From IMG/VR virus record IMGVR_UViG_3300033062_002687: a DNA stretch of 64,000 bases. One strand, written 5' to 3'. This DNA comes from a virus. Lineage: Duplodnaviria > Heunggongvirae > Uroviricota > Caudoviricetes. The notes under the pieces are model-generated. The model had not been told where the DNA came from, made no database searches, and saw nothing but the letters and a program-made list of their open reading frames with translations. A program made the position numbers and the translations under genes. Position 1 is the first letter of the stretch. Every line of letters begins with the position of its first letter. Below are positions 27,080-36,959 of this stretch, in pieces.

Positions 27080-28087
27080 TTATGCATGAGTCTGCGAGGG
27101 AGATAAGTCTGATCGCAATGATACAAACACTGGCTCGCGATATCTCCCTTTTGACCCTTGCTTAACATATTTGATTCTAGCCACCATCCTCGGCTGAACC
27201 CATCTAATATTTTTCTCTGGAAAATGATCTGAAACATTTGGTCTTTTTGAAGTTTCTATTGATTTAAGCCTCTTGCTTACATCTGTAAGCTTCGACTCAT
27301 CAAATCCTGTCCCTACATTACCGGTATACTTGTAACCTTCTTTCGATTTAATGCCTGTTACCAGTGAACCAAACTTTCCTTTTCTCTTACCTTCACCAGC
27401 AGTATATCCTAAAATTGCAACATCATTCTCATTCTGGAACTTCAGCTTGAGCCAGTCCTTGCCCTGATGCCCGTGATATTTACTATCTTCCTTCTTGAAA
27501 ATCACACCTTCTGCCCCAATATTTTTCATCTCTTTTGTAAATTTTTGAACATTTTCAGTAGTTTTTATCTCTTTTATCTGTTTCAGGTCATCAGGAATAA
27601 CCTTATCCAAGATTTTCTTCCGTTCTATCAATGGTAGATCTCTAACACATTTTCCATCAACTTCAAGCACATCAAATGCCATGTAGGTCAATGGATCTTC
27701 CTTTGCCTTCTTCATAATAATTTCCCTATTCTCAAGGTGTTCTCTGGAAGCAAGATCCTTAAAGCTGTCTTTTGCGCCTTTAAGACTGACCACTTCTCCG
27801 TCTAAAATCACTGAAGACTTAAAGTTAAGCCTTTCCTTAAGCCCATCGAATTCCGGATACTGCCCAGTCTTGTCAACTCCACGACGATTGACAAAAACCT
27901 GGTCATGTTTGTCCATATATGCCAAAACCCTGCTTCCATCGAACTTACGCTCAGCAAGATATCCTTGCTTCGGAGGTGTTTTTGCCTGTGAAGGCCTCAT
28001 AATTTTGATGGAACGTAGTTTTTTCCTTCCTGAAGCAATACCCTTTCCTGCAAGGTAATGACGATATGATTCATAGGGCCAGCTCAT
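27080..28087 (-). CDS. lig: ATP-dependent DNA ligase (LigD/LigC-like) with tag
   Basis: ERKFDGSR, LDGEVV, AFDVL, EGVIFK, WLKLK, VGTGF, REPVF..LRSD. Confidence 0.92.
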   Translation of the reverse strand: MSWPYESYRHYLAGKGIASGRKKLRSIKIMRPSQAKTPPKQGYLAERKFDGSRVLAYMDKHDQVFVNRRGVDKTGQYPEFDGLKERLNFKSSVILDGEVVSLKGAKDSFKDLASREHLENREIIMKKAKEDPLTYMAFDVLEVDGKCVRDLPLIERKKILDKVIPDDLKQIKEIKTTENVQKFTKEMKNIGAEGVIFKKEDSKYHGHQGKDWLKLKFQNENDVAILGYTAGEGKRKGKFGSLVTGIKSKEGYKYTGNVGTGFDESKLTDVSKRLKSIETSKRPNVSDHFPEKNIRWVQPRMVARIKYVKQGSKGRYREPVFVSLRSDLSPSQTHA

Positions 28088-28644
28088 TACTCTTTCCTCC
28101 CTACTTGCACTTTCTTTAAGATCTTCTCGTATTCTTTAGTTTCCCATTTTTGTCTCTTCTGCTCCCTTGTTTTTATTGATTTTTCACGTGCTTTTTGCCC
28201 TCTTTCTGATTCTTTTTTAGCAAGAGCCTCTGCTTTCTTCAATTTCCTTCTTTCAGTCTTAGTCGGCTTGAAAGAAGGAACCCATCCTGAATAATGATAT
28301 TTTTTAATCCTATCAAAATCCTTTGAGGCTTGCCTAACTAAGACAACATCACCAGTTGCCATTAATGTCTTGTAAGCTTTCTCAGCATCATCAAATGTAT
28401 ACATTGAACCTGCACCACGACCAGTCCTTTGAAATTTAAGATATTGCGATAACACATCAAGATATGTGCTATGTTTAGCCCTGAGATCCTTTGTCGCTCT
28501 CTGCCGCTCCCTAGCAGCCATTATTTCTCTCTGAAGATCGAACTGAGATTTTTTCTTTGTCTCAATACCTCTGGCTGCAAGAGCATGTCGCTGACTTTCA
28601 AAACGCCACCCTTTCAGATATTTTTTGTTGAATTGCGTTGTCAT
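28087..28644 (-). CDS. Tag-family basic protein
   Basis: KGWRFESQRHALAARGIET. Confidence 0.75.
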   Translation of the reverse strand: MTTQFNKKYLKGWRFESQRHALAARGIETKKKSQFDLQREIMAARERQRATKDLRAKHSTYLDVLSQYLKFQRTGRGAGSMYTFDDAEKAYKTLMATGDVVLVRQASKDFDRIKKYHYSGWVPSFKPTKTERRKLKKAEALAKKESERGQKAREKSIKTREQKRQKWETKEYEKILKKVQVGRKE

Positions 28645-29162
28645 CTTAATCTCTTAAAATAATTTATCTGCCTTTCACGTTTAATCGCTTTCTTCTTTGA
28701 AGGAAATGTTCCTAAAATCCTTCGTTTCTTCTGCCCATGGACAACATGAGTTGCCTTACTATAGAGCCTCCATTTCTTCGGACCTAATCTGCGAAGAACC
28801 ATTATGGTTCCTCACAAACCCAGCCTTTTGCCATATTTTTTCTTAAGCCCTTCCTTAAGGTGCTTTGGCGTCTTTGGTGACATTATTGCTCCCCTAATCG
28901 CATTCAAGTTTACTCCGCGTTTCTTAGCCATTTTTACTTCCTCCTTTTAACTTTTGTAAAGCTTCCCATAGTCGGATACGCACCATGACCTGCCTTACAA
29001 GCTTTCTCTGCTAGCGGAAAGCTAGGTAACTTTTTTCCGTATTTTTTCATTTTATTTGCCTCCATTATTTTTTCTCTTTACCCGCATGCTCTGATAGCCT
29101 AAAACGCCCATCTTATATGCGAGGTTTACAATTCCTTTGTTATATGAGATTTTTTTGCTCAT
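28641..29162 (-). CDS. Four tandem tiny basic ORFs (28641-28802, 28812-28931, 28934-29050, 29052-29162)
   Basis: Hand-translated 53, 39, 38 and 36 aa; GAGG-type RBSs; closely packed. Confidence 0.6.
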
Positions 29163-29238
29163 TTTTTTAACCCCTCTAAGCCTTAAAGATGAGAAGTTTT
29201 CACTTCTCATCCCAAGGAATTTAGCTCACCTTTCATGA

Positions 29239-31743
29239 TTATGCCGTAATGTAAGCCCTCATCTTGCCACTCCTATTAACCAGGATATTAACATTATTAT
29301 CTATGTTATTGACTGTGTTATTTATCTGCAATGTTGTCTCTTCGATACCAAGCAGCTTGTTCCAAATATCAACTGTAAGGAATGTATAGGTATTGTTGAC
29401 TGTCGGATATAGGGTTGTCTCAAGATACAGCTGCGTGTAGGTCACATTGGTCAGGATATAATTTGCACTTTGGTTTATCTCAACCATCAGATTGTAATTT
29501 CTATCCAGCAATGTTGCCATATAGGTGAAATTTGCATTCATTGAAAGCTCAAAATCATTTATCAATGAATTGGTATATGTGAAATTATTTGCCATGGCAT
29601 TATTCACAACATCTATCTGATTCTGCACATATGTCAGGTTGTTATCGATTGCTGTCAATCTTGTGAATACATCAGCAAAATTAGTCACCAAAGTCTGATT
29701 GACAACATTAATCATTGATTCCACGTTATCAAACCTGAAATTCATTGTATAATTCAGATCGCTCAATAATGAATTTATGCTTAAGAAACTCGAATTCACA
29801 TCTGTCTGGAATGCCAATAATGATAAATCCAGAGCATTAAACCTTGCAACCATCGTATTATTCATATTTACAAGATATGTATTAAGATTGCTGAACTCAT
29901 TCATGATCGACGCATTCATAGCAAGAGTTATGTTGGTCAGATTCCTCATTAGATCAACACAGACACCACTTGAACAGCTAACATTAGCCAGGGAAGACAT
30001 GACTTCATCAAATCTTTCATCCCAATGACAGCTGTACTTCATAATTAACCCGTCATCTCCAACTGTATACCCCTGCTTTTCATTAAACATATTAATGTCA
30101 TTTACGTTCATTGCAAGAGACACATTAGTGAATCCTATGACAATTGAAACAAGGCTGCTATAAGGATATTCTGCAAACTGCCATTGCTTGCCATCATACT
30201 TGTAAAATACGCCAGGTGTTGTTGTAACTACCCATATATCAAACTGATTATGCGCATATATTGCTGATGGGGTAGAAGTTGAACCTGTCGCTTCAAACTC
30301 AACTGTAAATACAGATCCGTCAAATGAATATACCTTCAATGGAGCTTCAGCACTGACAAGATATATCTCGTCATAGTAAACTGAAGAAACATCAACAAAA
30401 CTTGCTCCTGGCTGATTATATGTTGTCACTACATTTGTTGCGACATCAACAACAGCAAGAGTATCTCCCTGGACAATATAAGCTTTTGAATTATCATTAA
30501 GCATGCTTATCTTCCCTGTTCCTGTCTCGCCGGTACTTCCGATATTATTCCAGGTCCCGTTATAATACATTATATCACCGTTATCTGCGATCACGTATGC
30601 CGCAATCAATGTTGGGGAGTAGTATCCTATTATATCCTCACAAGAAGTTGCTGCAGTTGCAGTTAATTCAACAGGCGCCACACCATTAACTGAATAAAAG
30701 CAAGATGATCCATTTGTACCGACAACCCACGCATAGTTCGTGTTTGCTTCAATTGCTGATACACCTTTCCAATCATAGCCAGAATAAGACATTGCTGTAT
30801 ATCCTGTACCATTATAGAATATCATGTCTCCAGCATCGGTTACAAACCAGGCATTGTCCTCAGATGACATATCTATTGCTGAAAAATCATATGTATTAGA
30901 CAATCCTGTATAATATGGATCATTTATATCTAAAGTCCAGTAACAGTAATCAATTGAATGAACCAGATCATAAACTGCCGCGGACTGCTTTGTATTCATA
31001 GACCCTGCAGCAACTGAGACATTCAAATCATTGATCAGATTAATTGCAGTTGTGAAGTTGGCCTGAACTTCTGCCTGGAAGTTATTTATCTGAGTTGTAA
31101 GATTACCATATTGCACAGTTGTTAAATTTTTAAGATCACTAATTGCTGTAAGAATAGTGGTTGTCTGATTATTTATCTGGATCTGAATATTGCTTACAGT
31201 ATCATAAATCAGGGTTGTTGTCCCATTAATCTGGGTAACATAATCATCAATGGTCTTGATTCTTCCAACCCAGTCCGGATTCTGCCATTCTCCGAATGCC
31301 ATTGCGGTATCTCCTGCATAATAACAGGTGATTTGTGTCAGATAGGTTCCTTTTGTCGTGCTCATATTAACATGGATCATAAACCTTCCTGAACCCGAAA
31401 TTGAATCCATTGAAACATTATCCTGCCATTGAACTCCTGTTGAATACCAGGAATCAAATGTAGCTGTTGAGCCTGGAATAAGATAGCCATCACCATCGAA
31501 GCATGCACCATAAACAGTCATTTCTTCTCCTGTCTCATAGATTGAACCCTTGACCATCGCTTTGAGTTTTGAAGGATTAGAGCTCGAGCTACCTAATTCA
31601 GTGTAAGCAACAGGTTTTTCAGAATTAAAGCCAATTGCAATGGCTTTCTCAATTGTAGTGGTTTGATTCATCAAAACCCCCATTGTTGCAGTAAGCGTAA
31701 CTAGCACACCGAATACAATCAACAAAAATTTTCCTAGTTTCAT
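29239..31743 (-). CDS. Membrane-anchored fibre/spike-like protein (coiled coils plus propeller)
   Basis: N-terminal TM; GSIYETG..GEWQNP.WV domain shared with 51140-52348; Asn-rich heptads. Confidence 0.8.
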   Translation of the reverse strand: MKLGKFLLIVFGVLVTLTATMGVLMNQTTTIEKAIAIGFNSEKPVAYTELGSSSSNPSKLKAMVKGSIYETGEEMTVYGACFDGDGYLIPGSTATFDSWYSTGVQWQDNVSMDSISGSGRFMIHVNMSTTKGTYLTQITCYYAGDTAMAFGEWQNPDWVGRIKTIDDYVTQINGTTTLIYDTVSNIQIQINNQTTTILTAISDLKNLTTVQYGNLTTQINNFQAEVQANFTTAINLINDLNVSVAAGSMNTKQSAAVYDLVHSIDYCYWTLDINDPYYTGLSNTYDFSAIDMSSEDNAWFVTDAGDMIFYNGTGYTAMSYSGYDWKGVSAIEANTNYAWVVGTNGSSCFYSVNGVAPVELTATAATSCEDIIGYYSPTLIAAYVIADNGDIMYYNGTWNNIGSTGETGTGKISMLNDNSKAYIVQGDTLAVVDVATNVVTTYNQPGASFVDVSSVYYDEIYLVSAEAPLKVYSFDGSVFTVEFEATGSTSTPSAIYAHNQFDIWVVTTTPGVFYKYDGKQWQFAEYPYSSLVSIVIGFTNVSLAMNVNDINMFNEKQGYTVGDDGLIMKYSCHWDERFDEVMSSLANVSCSSGVCVDLMRNLTNITLAMNASIMNEFSNLNTYLVNMNNTMVARFNALDLSLLAFQTDVNSSFLSINSLLSDLNYTMNFRFDNVESMINVVNQTLVTNFADVFTRLTAIDNNLTYVQNQIDVVNNAMANNFTYTNSLINDFELSMNANFTYMATLLDRNYNLMVEINQSANYILTNVTYTQLYLETTLYPTVNNTYTFLTVDIWNKLLGIEETTLQINNTVNNIDNNVNILVNRSGKMRAYITA

Positions 31744-33416
31744 TATTTCGCCTCCCTGATCGGGTTTTCGTTCATATTTTCAATCTTAGCTGAACCATAT
31801 TTGATATGTGGTTCAAATAACAAATAACTAACTGTATCATTTCTTAAAATTGGTCCTGGCCTTTTTTTACTTAATAAAGGATTATCAATACCTGTAAATA
31901 CAGCACCACCTGCGACACCACTGAATGGCACTATGTCGCTTGATTCTGGAGTCACTGGCTCATATCTTCCAGGATTCATCCTAGCGTCAAGCCTTGCTAG
32001 CTTGTCTGTTAAATTGTGCATCCTGATCTCGTTCTTATTAACTTCCTTCCAAACATCTGACTTTGCTGCGGTTAATTTCTTTGAGAGTTCGGCAAGCTTT
32101 CTTGTCCCGCTTCCTCCAAATCCAAAGTTAAATAAACCTGAACCTGATCCTTCCATATCAATAAATGACTGCTTGGTTTCTTCCTTCATGAGCCTTGCTC
32201 TTGACTGATCGAGCCAGACATTACGATCAATAAGCTTTCTTTTCTCTGCCTGAAGCTCATTAACTGATTCCACGAGCTTCTCACGATTACCTTTGGAAAA
32301 TGCGGAGACGCCCTTATCATAGCTAGATTTCGAGGAGTTATCTTTTAGAGCGCCCCTGCCCTGATAGAGATCGTTAATTTCTTTTTCTAAATGAACTGCT
32401 TCTGGATGAATTTCCTGCTTAGTTGGTTCACGTCTTTCAGGAGCAGCACCAAATCCCATTTGATCTTTTAAAGGCTGTTGTGTCTGGAACAGTGAACCAA
32501 AAGATATATTTTTCAATGGATTAAAAGGATTAATTGGTCCTCCACCACCCATAGCTTCTCCAAAAGCTCTTTCTTCCTGCCGCTTCCTAGATGCTTCAAG
32601 TGCTCTTATGGTTGCCTCATCTCGTAATTTTGCCAATTTCTGAGCTGGTGTCAACATTTGTGGTAGAATCGGAGATAATCCGACACCAACACTTTTAAGG
32701 ATAGGTTCAAGATGCTTTTCCCTAAATTCTTGTAGTTTAACTGCCTGAGTTTGTTTAGCTATTAATGCAAGTGATTTTTCCTCAGGAGCATAAAGATCTC
32801 TTGCACCCCATTTAACTATTTTACCTGTTTCATCTTTAACTGATTCTAACGGAAATCCGCGTCTCGCATATTGTTTCATAGCTTCGGTTCTTGCCTCTTT
32901 AAGACTTCCACCTCTCCTAAGCACTTCTATTGCTGCTACATTAGCTTCAGTAGTCGCAGTTGGAGCTGCCTCAATAAATTTAGTTCGTTCTCTCATAGGC
33001 CTCATTGATTTTTGTATAGCTTCAAGCCTTCCTACAGCTTCTCCCATTTTTTCAGCAGCAATCAGAGCGGATTCTTTTAATTCTTCTTTTGTTTTTTTAA
33101 TCGATTTGGCTCTCTTTTCCTCGATTTCTTCCGCTACAGGAGTTATTCTTACAGTTCCTTTTAGCAGTTCTTCTTTCAATTTCACTCTCGATCTGCCAAT
33201 TGGAACAACAGTTTTGATATCAACGGATGGTTCACCTTTTTCAATTTTTACTATCTCAGGTTTATCCGGTGCTTTAGAACTTATTCTAACTATATTTTCC
33301 CTTTTTGCAAAATGATATTTACCACCAGCTTTTCCAAAACGAGCTGCATTAGAGTGACGTATCTGCTCATTAAACCATCCTCCAACTTTTCTCCATTTTG
33401 ATGTCCAGTCTGTCAT
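31743..33416 (-). CDS. Tag-family coiled-coil protein
   Basis: GGWFNEQIRHSNAARFG variant tag. Confidence 0.75.
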   Translation of the reverse strand: MTDWTSKWRKVGGWFNEQIRHSNAARFGKAGGKYHFAKRENIVRISSKAPDKPEIVKIEKGEPSVDIKTVVPIGRSRVKLKEELLKGTVRITPVAEEIEEKRAKSIKKTKEELKESALIAAEKMGEAVGRLEAIQKSMRPMRERTKFIEAAPTATTEANVAAIEVLRRGGSLKEARTEAMKQYARRGFPLESVKDETGKIVKWGARDLYAPEEKSLALIAKQTQAVKLQEFREKHLEPILKSVGVGLSPILPQMLTPAQKLAKLRDEATIRALEASRKRQEERAFGEAMGGGGPINPFNPLKNISFGSLFQTQQPLKDQMGFGAAPERREPTKQEIHPEAVHLEKEINDLYQGRGALKDNSSKSSYDKGVSAFSKGNREKLVESVNELQAEKRKLIDRNVWLDQSRARLMKEETKQSFIDMEGSGSGLFNFGFGGSGTRKLAELSKKLTAAKSDVWKEVNKNEIRMHNLTDKLARLDARMNPGRYEPVTPESSDIVPFSGVAGGAVFTGIDNPLLSKKRPGPILRNDTVSYLLFEPHIKYGSAKIENMNENPIREAK

Positions 33417-34595
33417 TTAACGTCTCCAATACTCATATTCCTTGAGCTCTTTTGCACGCTGCTTTGTGAGGCGATCTTCCTCAACATCTTTCCAGCGCTG
33501 CTTTACAACTTCTTCCTGTTCCTTGAAAAATTCACCAGCTTCTGAACCAAATTCCTTAGCTTTTGACCCGAATTCCTTAGCCTTTACGCCAAAATCCTTA
33601 GCTCCTTCTTTCACTCTCTTCCAATCCTTAGATACTACAGATTCTGGCAAGCTCTCGTCAAATTCCTTTTTCGGAAATTTTGACTTTATCTTTTCTCTGA
33701 ATTCTGATACTTTTTCTCCAACTGCTCCACTAACATCTTCAGCCTTTCCTTTTACAGCACCCCAATCTTTCTTATAAATTGGCTCTGGTAGACCCTCTTC
33801 TGTTGGATCCTTATATGCAAAATTTCTTGCCTGGAATTTTTTCTTGTGATGAATCTCTCTCCTATCCCGAATAGCCTCTACAGCCTCATATCTTGGTATT
33901 TCCTCAGGTTCCATTCCAAATGTTTTCCTGAGATAATTTAATTCATCTTCAGATATATTACCTAGCTCTGAATCCTTATCACCTTTTGCATGCACAAATG
34001 GATGACGATCTTCCATATGGCTCCATACTTGATCCTGCTCATCAGAAGTCAATTCATTCCAATTTTTTTTAAATACCTCTTGAGCTCCTTCATTCCAATC
34101 GAGCCATTTTGCCTTGTTAATAGATTTGGTTGCTTGAAATTTTCGATCATCTTTTTCAGAATCCCTCACTTTTTTTGCTTGAAACTTTTCATTTTCAGCA
34201 GAAGTCAACCTTGCCTTAGAAAATTTCAGCTCTTTTGTAACTTCTGGCATTAATTTTTCAAGAAGCTTGTTAGCTCCTTCCGATGTACCTCCTGTGGATT
34301 TAAATTCCTCTGGAGTAACTTCTACATAAACAGCCTTTGTCACAGACTGCACACCTTCTTCCCCTGGCCAAGCAGTTTCCCTATCTGTCTCTGGACTCAT
34401 GATTATCATTGTTGGCTCTCTCACCATAAAACCTAGAACTTTACTTCCTTTCGGAATCTGTGATGGATCCATATACATTTTTCTATCTTGAAATTTCCTT
34501 ATTTTGGTTTTGATACCTTTCGCAGCGAGCATATGTCTCCAGGATTCGTTAAACCAACCTTTCATGTTGAATTTGTATTTTGTGTTTGTGTTCAT
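33417..34595 (-). CDS. Tag-family multi-module protein
   Basis: Tag; KFQA repeats; KAKEFGS repeats. Confidence 0.8.
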   Translation of the reverse strand: MNTNTKYKFNMKGWFNESWRHMLAAKGIKTKIRKFQDRKMYMDPSQIPKGSKVLGFMVREPTMIIMSPETDRETAWPGEEGVQSVTKAVYVEVTPEEFKSTGGTSEGANKLLEKLMPEVTKELKFSKARLTSAENEKFQAKKVRDSEKDDRKFQATKSINKAKWLDWNEGAQEVFKKNWNELTSDEQDQVWSHMEDRHPFVHAKGDKDSELGNISEDELNYLRKTFGMEPEEIPRYEAVEAIRDRREIHHKKKFQARNFAYKDPTEEGLPEPIYKKDWGAVKGKAEDVSGAVGEKVSEFREKIKSKFPKKEFDESLPESVVSKDWKRVKEGAKDFGVKAKEFGSKAKEFGSEAGEFFKEQEEVVKQRWKDVEEDRLTKQRAKELKEYEYWRR

Positions 34596-34596
34596 G

Positions 34597-34989
34597 TTAA
34601 ATTAATATTCCCTCCTCGTAAGATAACAGAGCAGGAGGATAGCTTACTTCTGTCCCCCTCTCCTCAATTGGTCGGGCTTCTGTTTCAGAAGATCGTGATT
34701 CCTGTGGCAATTCCTGGATTTCTGGTAAAGCTTCTGCAGGTGCAAGCTGCTCTGGCTGAGGTATTGTCGGCATAATCGGAGCGGTTGATGAAGGTATAAT
34801 CATTTCAGATAATGTCTGTGATTCTGGAACGACAGGAGCTGATGCCCTCATCGACGCTATCATCGACTCGTTTGCGAGCAATGGACGCCTACGCCGTTTA
34901 GGAGCATATTGCTTCCAAGATCTGCCTTGCGCAGCTAAAGAATGTAGTTCCGGATGGCCTCTAAAGCCTTTCAAATAGTTACGTACCAT
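34597..34989 (-). CDS. Protein with degenerate tag; first gene after a promoter
   Basis: KGFRGHPELHSLAAQGR; TATTTAAA ~25 nt upstream. Confidence 0.65.
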   Translation of the reverse strand: MVRNYLKGFRGHPELHSLAAQGRSWKQYAPKRRRRPLLANESMIASMRASAPVVPESQTLSEMIIPSSTAPIMPTIPQPEQLAPAEALPEIQELPQESRSSETEARPIEERGTEVSYPPALLSYEEGILI

Positions 34990-35110
34990 GTTATAGCTAA
35001 ATATTATCTACTTTGTTTAAATAGATTTCGTTTTTTTTATAATCTGCAGCAGAGAATACCTAAAAGGATTTTTGTTTTTTTTGTTATTTTTACCGAGGAG
35101 AATTTCGAAT

Positions 35111-35851
35111 TTAAGTGTGTTTAATGCTCTTTCTCTCCTTTGAAAAACTGCTGCCACTACAAACTTCACCACCTTTTGTCCGTGCAAGACCTTCTTTCCA
35201 GCATGTTTTATAAAATCTGCAGCGCCCTGTTTTCCATTTGCAGGGATAAGCATCTGATGTGTAGAAGATTGGAGGAAGTTCCCTCCTTTCGACATATCCT
35301 TTTAATGTCTGAAAAAACTTGAAGACATTTGCGACCATTACAGGATCATAATTCACCTCGAACTCATAGACTTCCTGAGTCTGTTTTGATTCATAAATCA
35401 AAAAGCCTTTCTTTTTTTTGAGCTGATGCATGTAAAAGTTTATCTGGCCAAGATGCTCGTACTTCGGTTTTTTCACAGGATCCATGCTAATGGACTTGAA
35501 CTCGAGAATATCACTTTCGCCTTCTCCTATGAGAGCATCTACACGACCATGAATATTTATATCCTCTGGAATAGGAACATTTACCTCTGTCTGCACTACA
35601 AGACCTTTATGCTTCAGATAACTAACTAACCTGTCGTGCACAAAATTGCCATTGTGAAAAATCCTTATCTGCGCCGGGATGAATTTGTCCATGCAGATTG
35701 TCTTATCTTTCTCCATATGAAATTCATACCAGATCTTTCTCATGCACTGAAATACATCGGAAGCATAATAATATTCCCGCTTCTTCTTGTTGCTTTCTTC
35801 CTGCATCTTCAACGCTTCCTCATCAATAATTTCTTTGTAAATCTTTACCAC
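35111..35851 (-). CDS. Solo Cas4-like PD-(D/E)XK exonuclease (no CRISPR array in window)
   Basis: QCMRK, GNFVH, GRVD, EFKS, QINFY and three C-terminal Cys. Confidence 0.85.
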   Translation of the reverse strand: MVKIYKEIIDEEALKMQEESNKKKREYYYASDVFQCMRKIWYEFHMEKDKTICMDKFIPAQIRIFHNGNFVHDRLVSYLKHKGLVVQTEVNVPIPEDINIHGRVDALIGEGESDILEFKSISMDPVKKPKYEHLGQINFYMHQLKKKKGFLIYESKQTQEVYEFEVNYDPVMVANVFKFFQTLKGYVERRELPPIFYTSDAYPCKWKTGRCRFYKTCWKEGLARTKGGEVCSGSSFSKERKSIKHT

Positions 35852-36807
35852 TTCCTTTTTTCTGGCCGATAATTGACCATTCTCCTGTCATCTCCTTGTT
35901 CAACTTGACTCTCGACGCTATCTCCATAGCCATCACGTTAGCCTTGAACTCAGGATAAATCTTGTTTATGAGCTGAATAAGCATTTGTGTCGGAATATAA
36001 CCCCTAACACTTTTGTAGAGTTTTTCAGCTGATATAAATAATGGATGCTGCGTAATCCTTTTTGCAGCCTCCTCTATCTCATCTATCTGAATCTTTCCTG
36101 TCAACTGATCGAGATGTAAATCCTTTTTTTCCTCATATGCTGCTAGAAGATCTTTGGAGATAAATTGCAGCGGATGAGGAATTTCGACATAACCTAAAGT
36201 CAACAAATCACGAGTTTTATATGCAGCATAACAGGTATTAGTTTTGTGATCAATAAACATAGTTTCGAAAATATACATTGAACTATCATGTTCGGGCTTT
36301 AATGTCGGAGAACAGAAAAAGAAATGAACTGATTTTTTTCTCAGTTGCTCTTTTAACGCCTTCAAAATTATGCTGACTCTCATCGAGTCAATGCCATAAG
36401 CTTCAGCCTGCTCGTCAACAAGAATAGCTGAATGAGGCTTTAAACTACGGCGGTCATAAACAAGCTGTGAATAATCAAAATATATCTTGTCGATTGAAAA
36501 TTTTTGATCAAGAAAACCACATAAAGATAGAGCACTGTAGCTTTTTCCAGATCCTTGTGTACCAAAAATACTACTAATATACGAATGTTGTACATCAACT
36601 GATCTTCTTGTCTCAAGAGTTTCAAATAATTCATCAGTGAAATTTTCCTCTAAACATCTGAAAAAGGTTGGTTCTGTATCAGATTTCATCTCTAATAAAT
36701 CCCATTTAACAGGTGATAGCTCCCTACTAGCAGTTTCAAAAAAAATTCACGTTCAGGAGCTATCACCGGATTTCTCTGGGCAATGATTGTACATCTATCA
36801 TATCCAT
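35823..36807 (-). CDS. Zot-like P-loop ATPase (morphogenesis/extrusion candidate) with probable 76-nt BHB intron (36699-36774)
   Basis: GTQGSGKS, ILVDE, QLRK; SD GGAGGTGA + ATG 36807 joins the frame after intron removal. Confidence 0.75.
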
Positions 36808-36959
36808 TTTCACCTCCTTCAAAATACTATTTAAATCACCTAAAAAAGACCCATTGCCAAGATTCTGCAAAATCCTGGTTGGGAAAAAGAGGTTGAACAA
36901 GCTCATAAAGAAGTTGTTCAACATATGGAAATTCTCTATTGTATTTAAACCTTTCGTAA

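Noticed and set aside
29165..29225. BHB intron creating a new start codon
   Set aside because: Standard cut positions give ATG GGT TAA, the outer helix is absent, and the downstream ORF has its own RBS
6859..34989. Tag-coding ~90-bp repeats as CRISPR or integron attC sites
   Set aside because: They are in-frame coding sequence with synonymous variation, not palindromic, and spaced by whole genes
35111..35851. CRISPR-Cas system suggested by the Cas4-like gene
   Set aside because: No repeat-spacer array or other cas genes are visible; solo Cas4 is common in archaeal viruses
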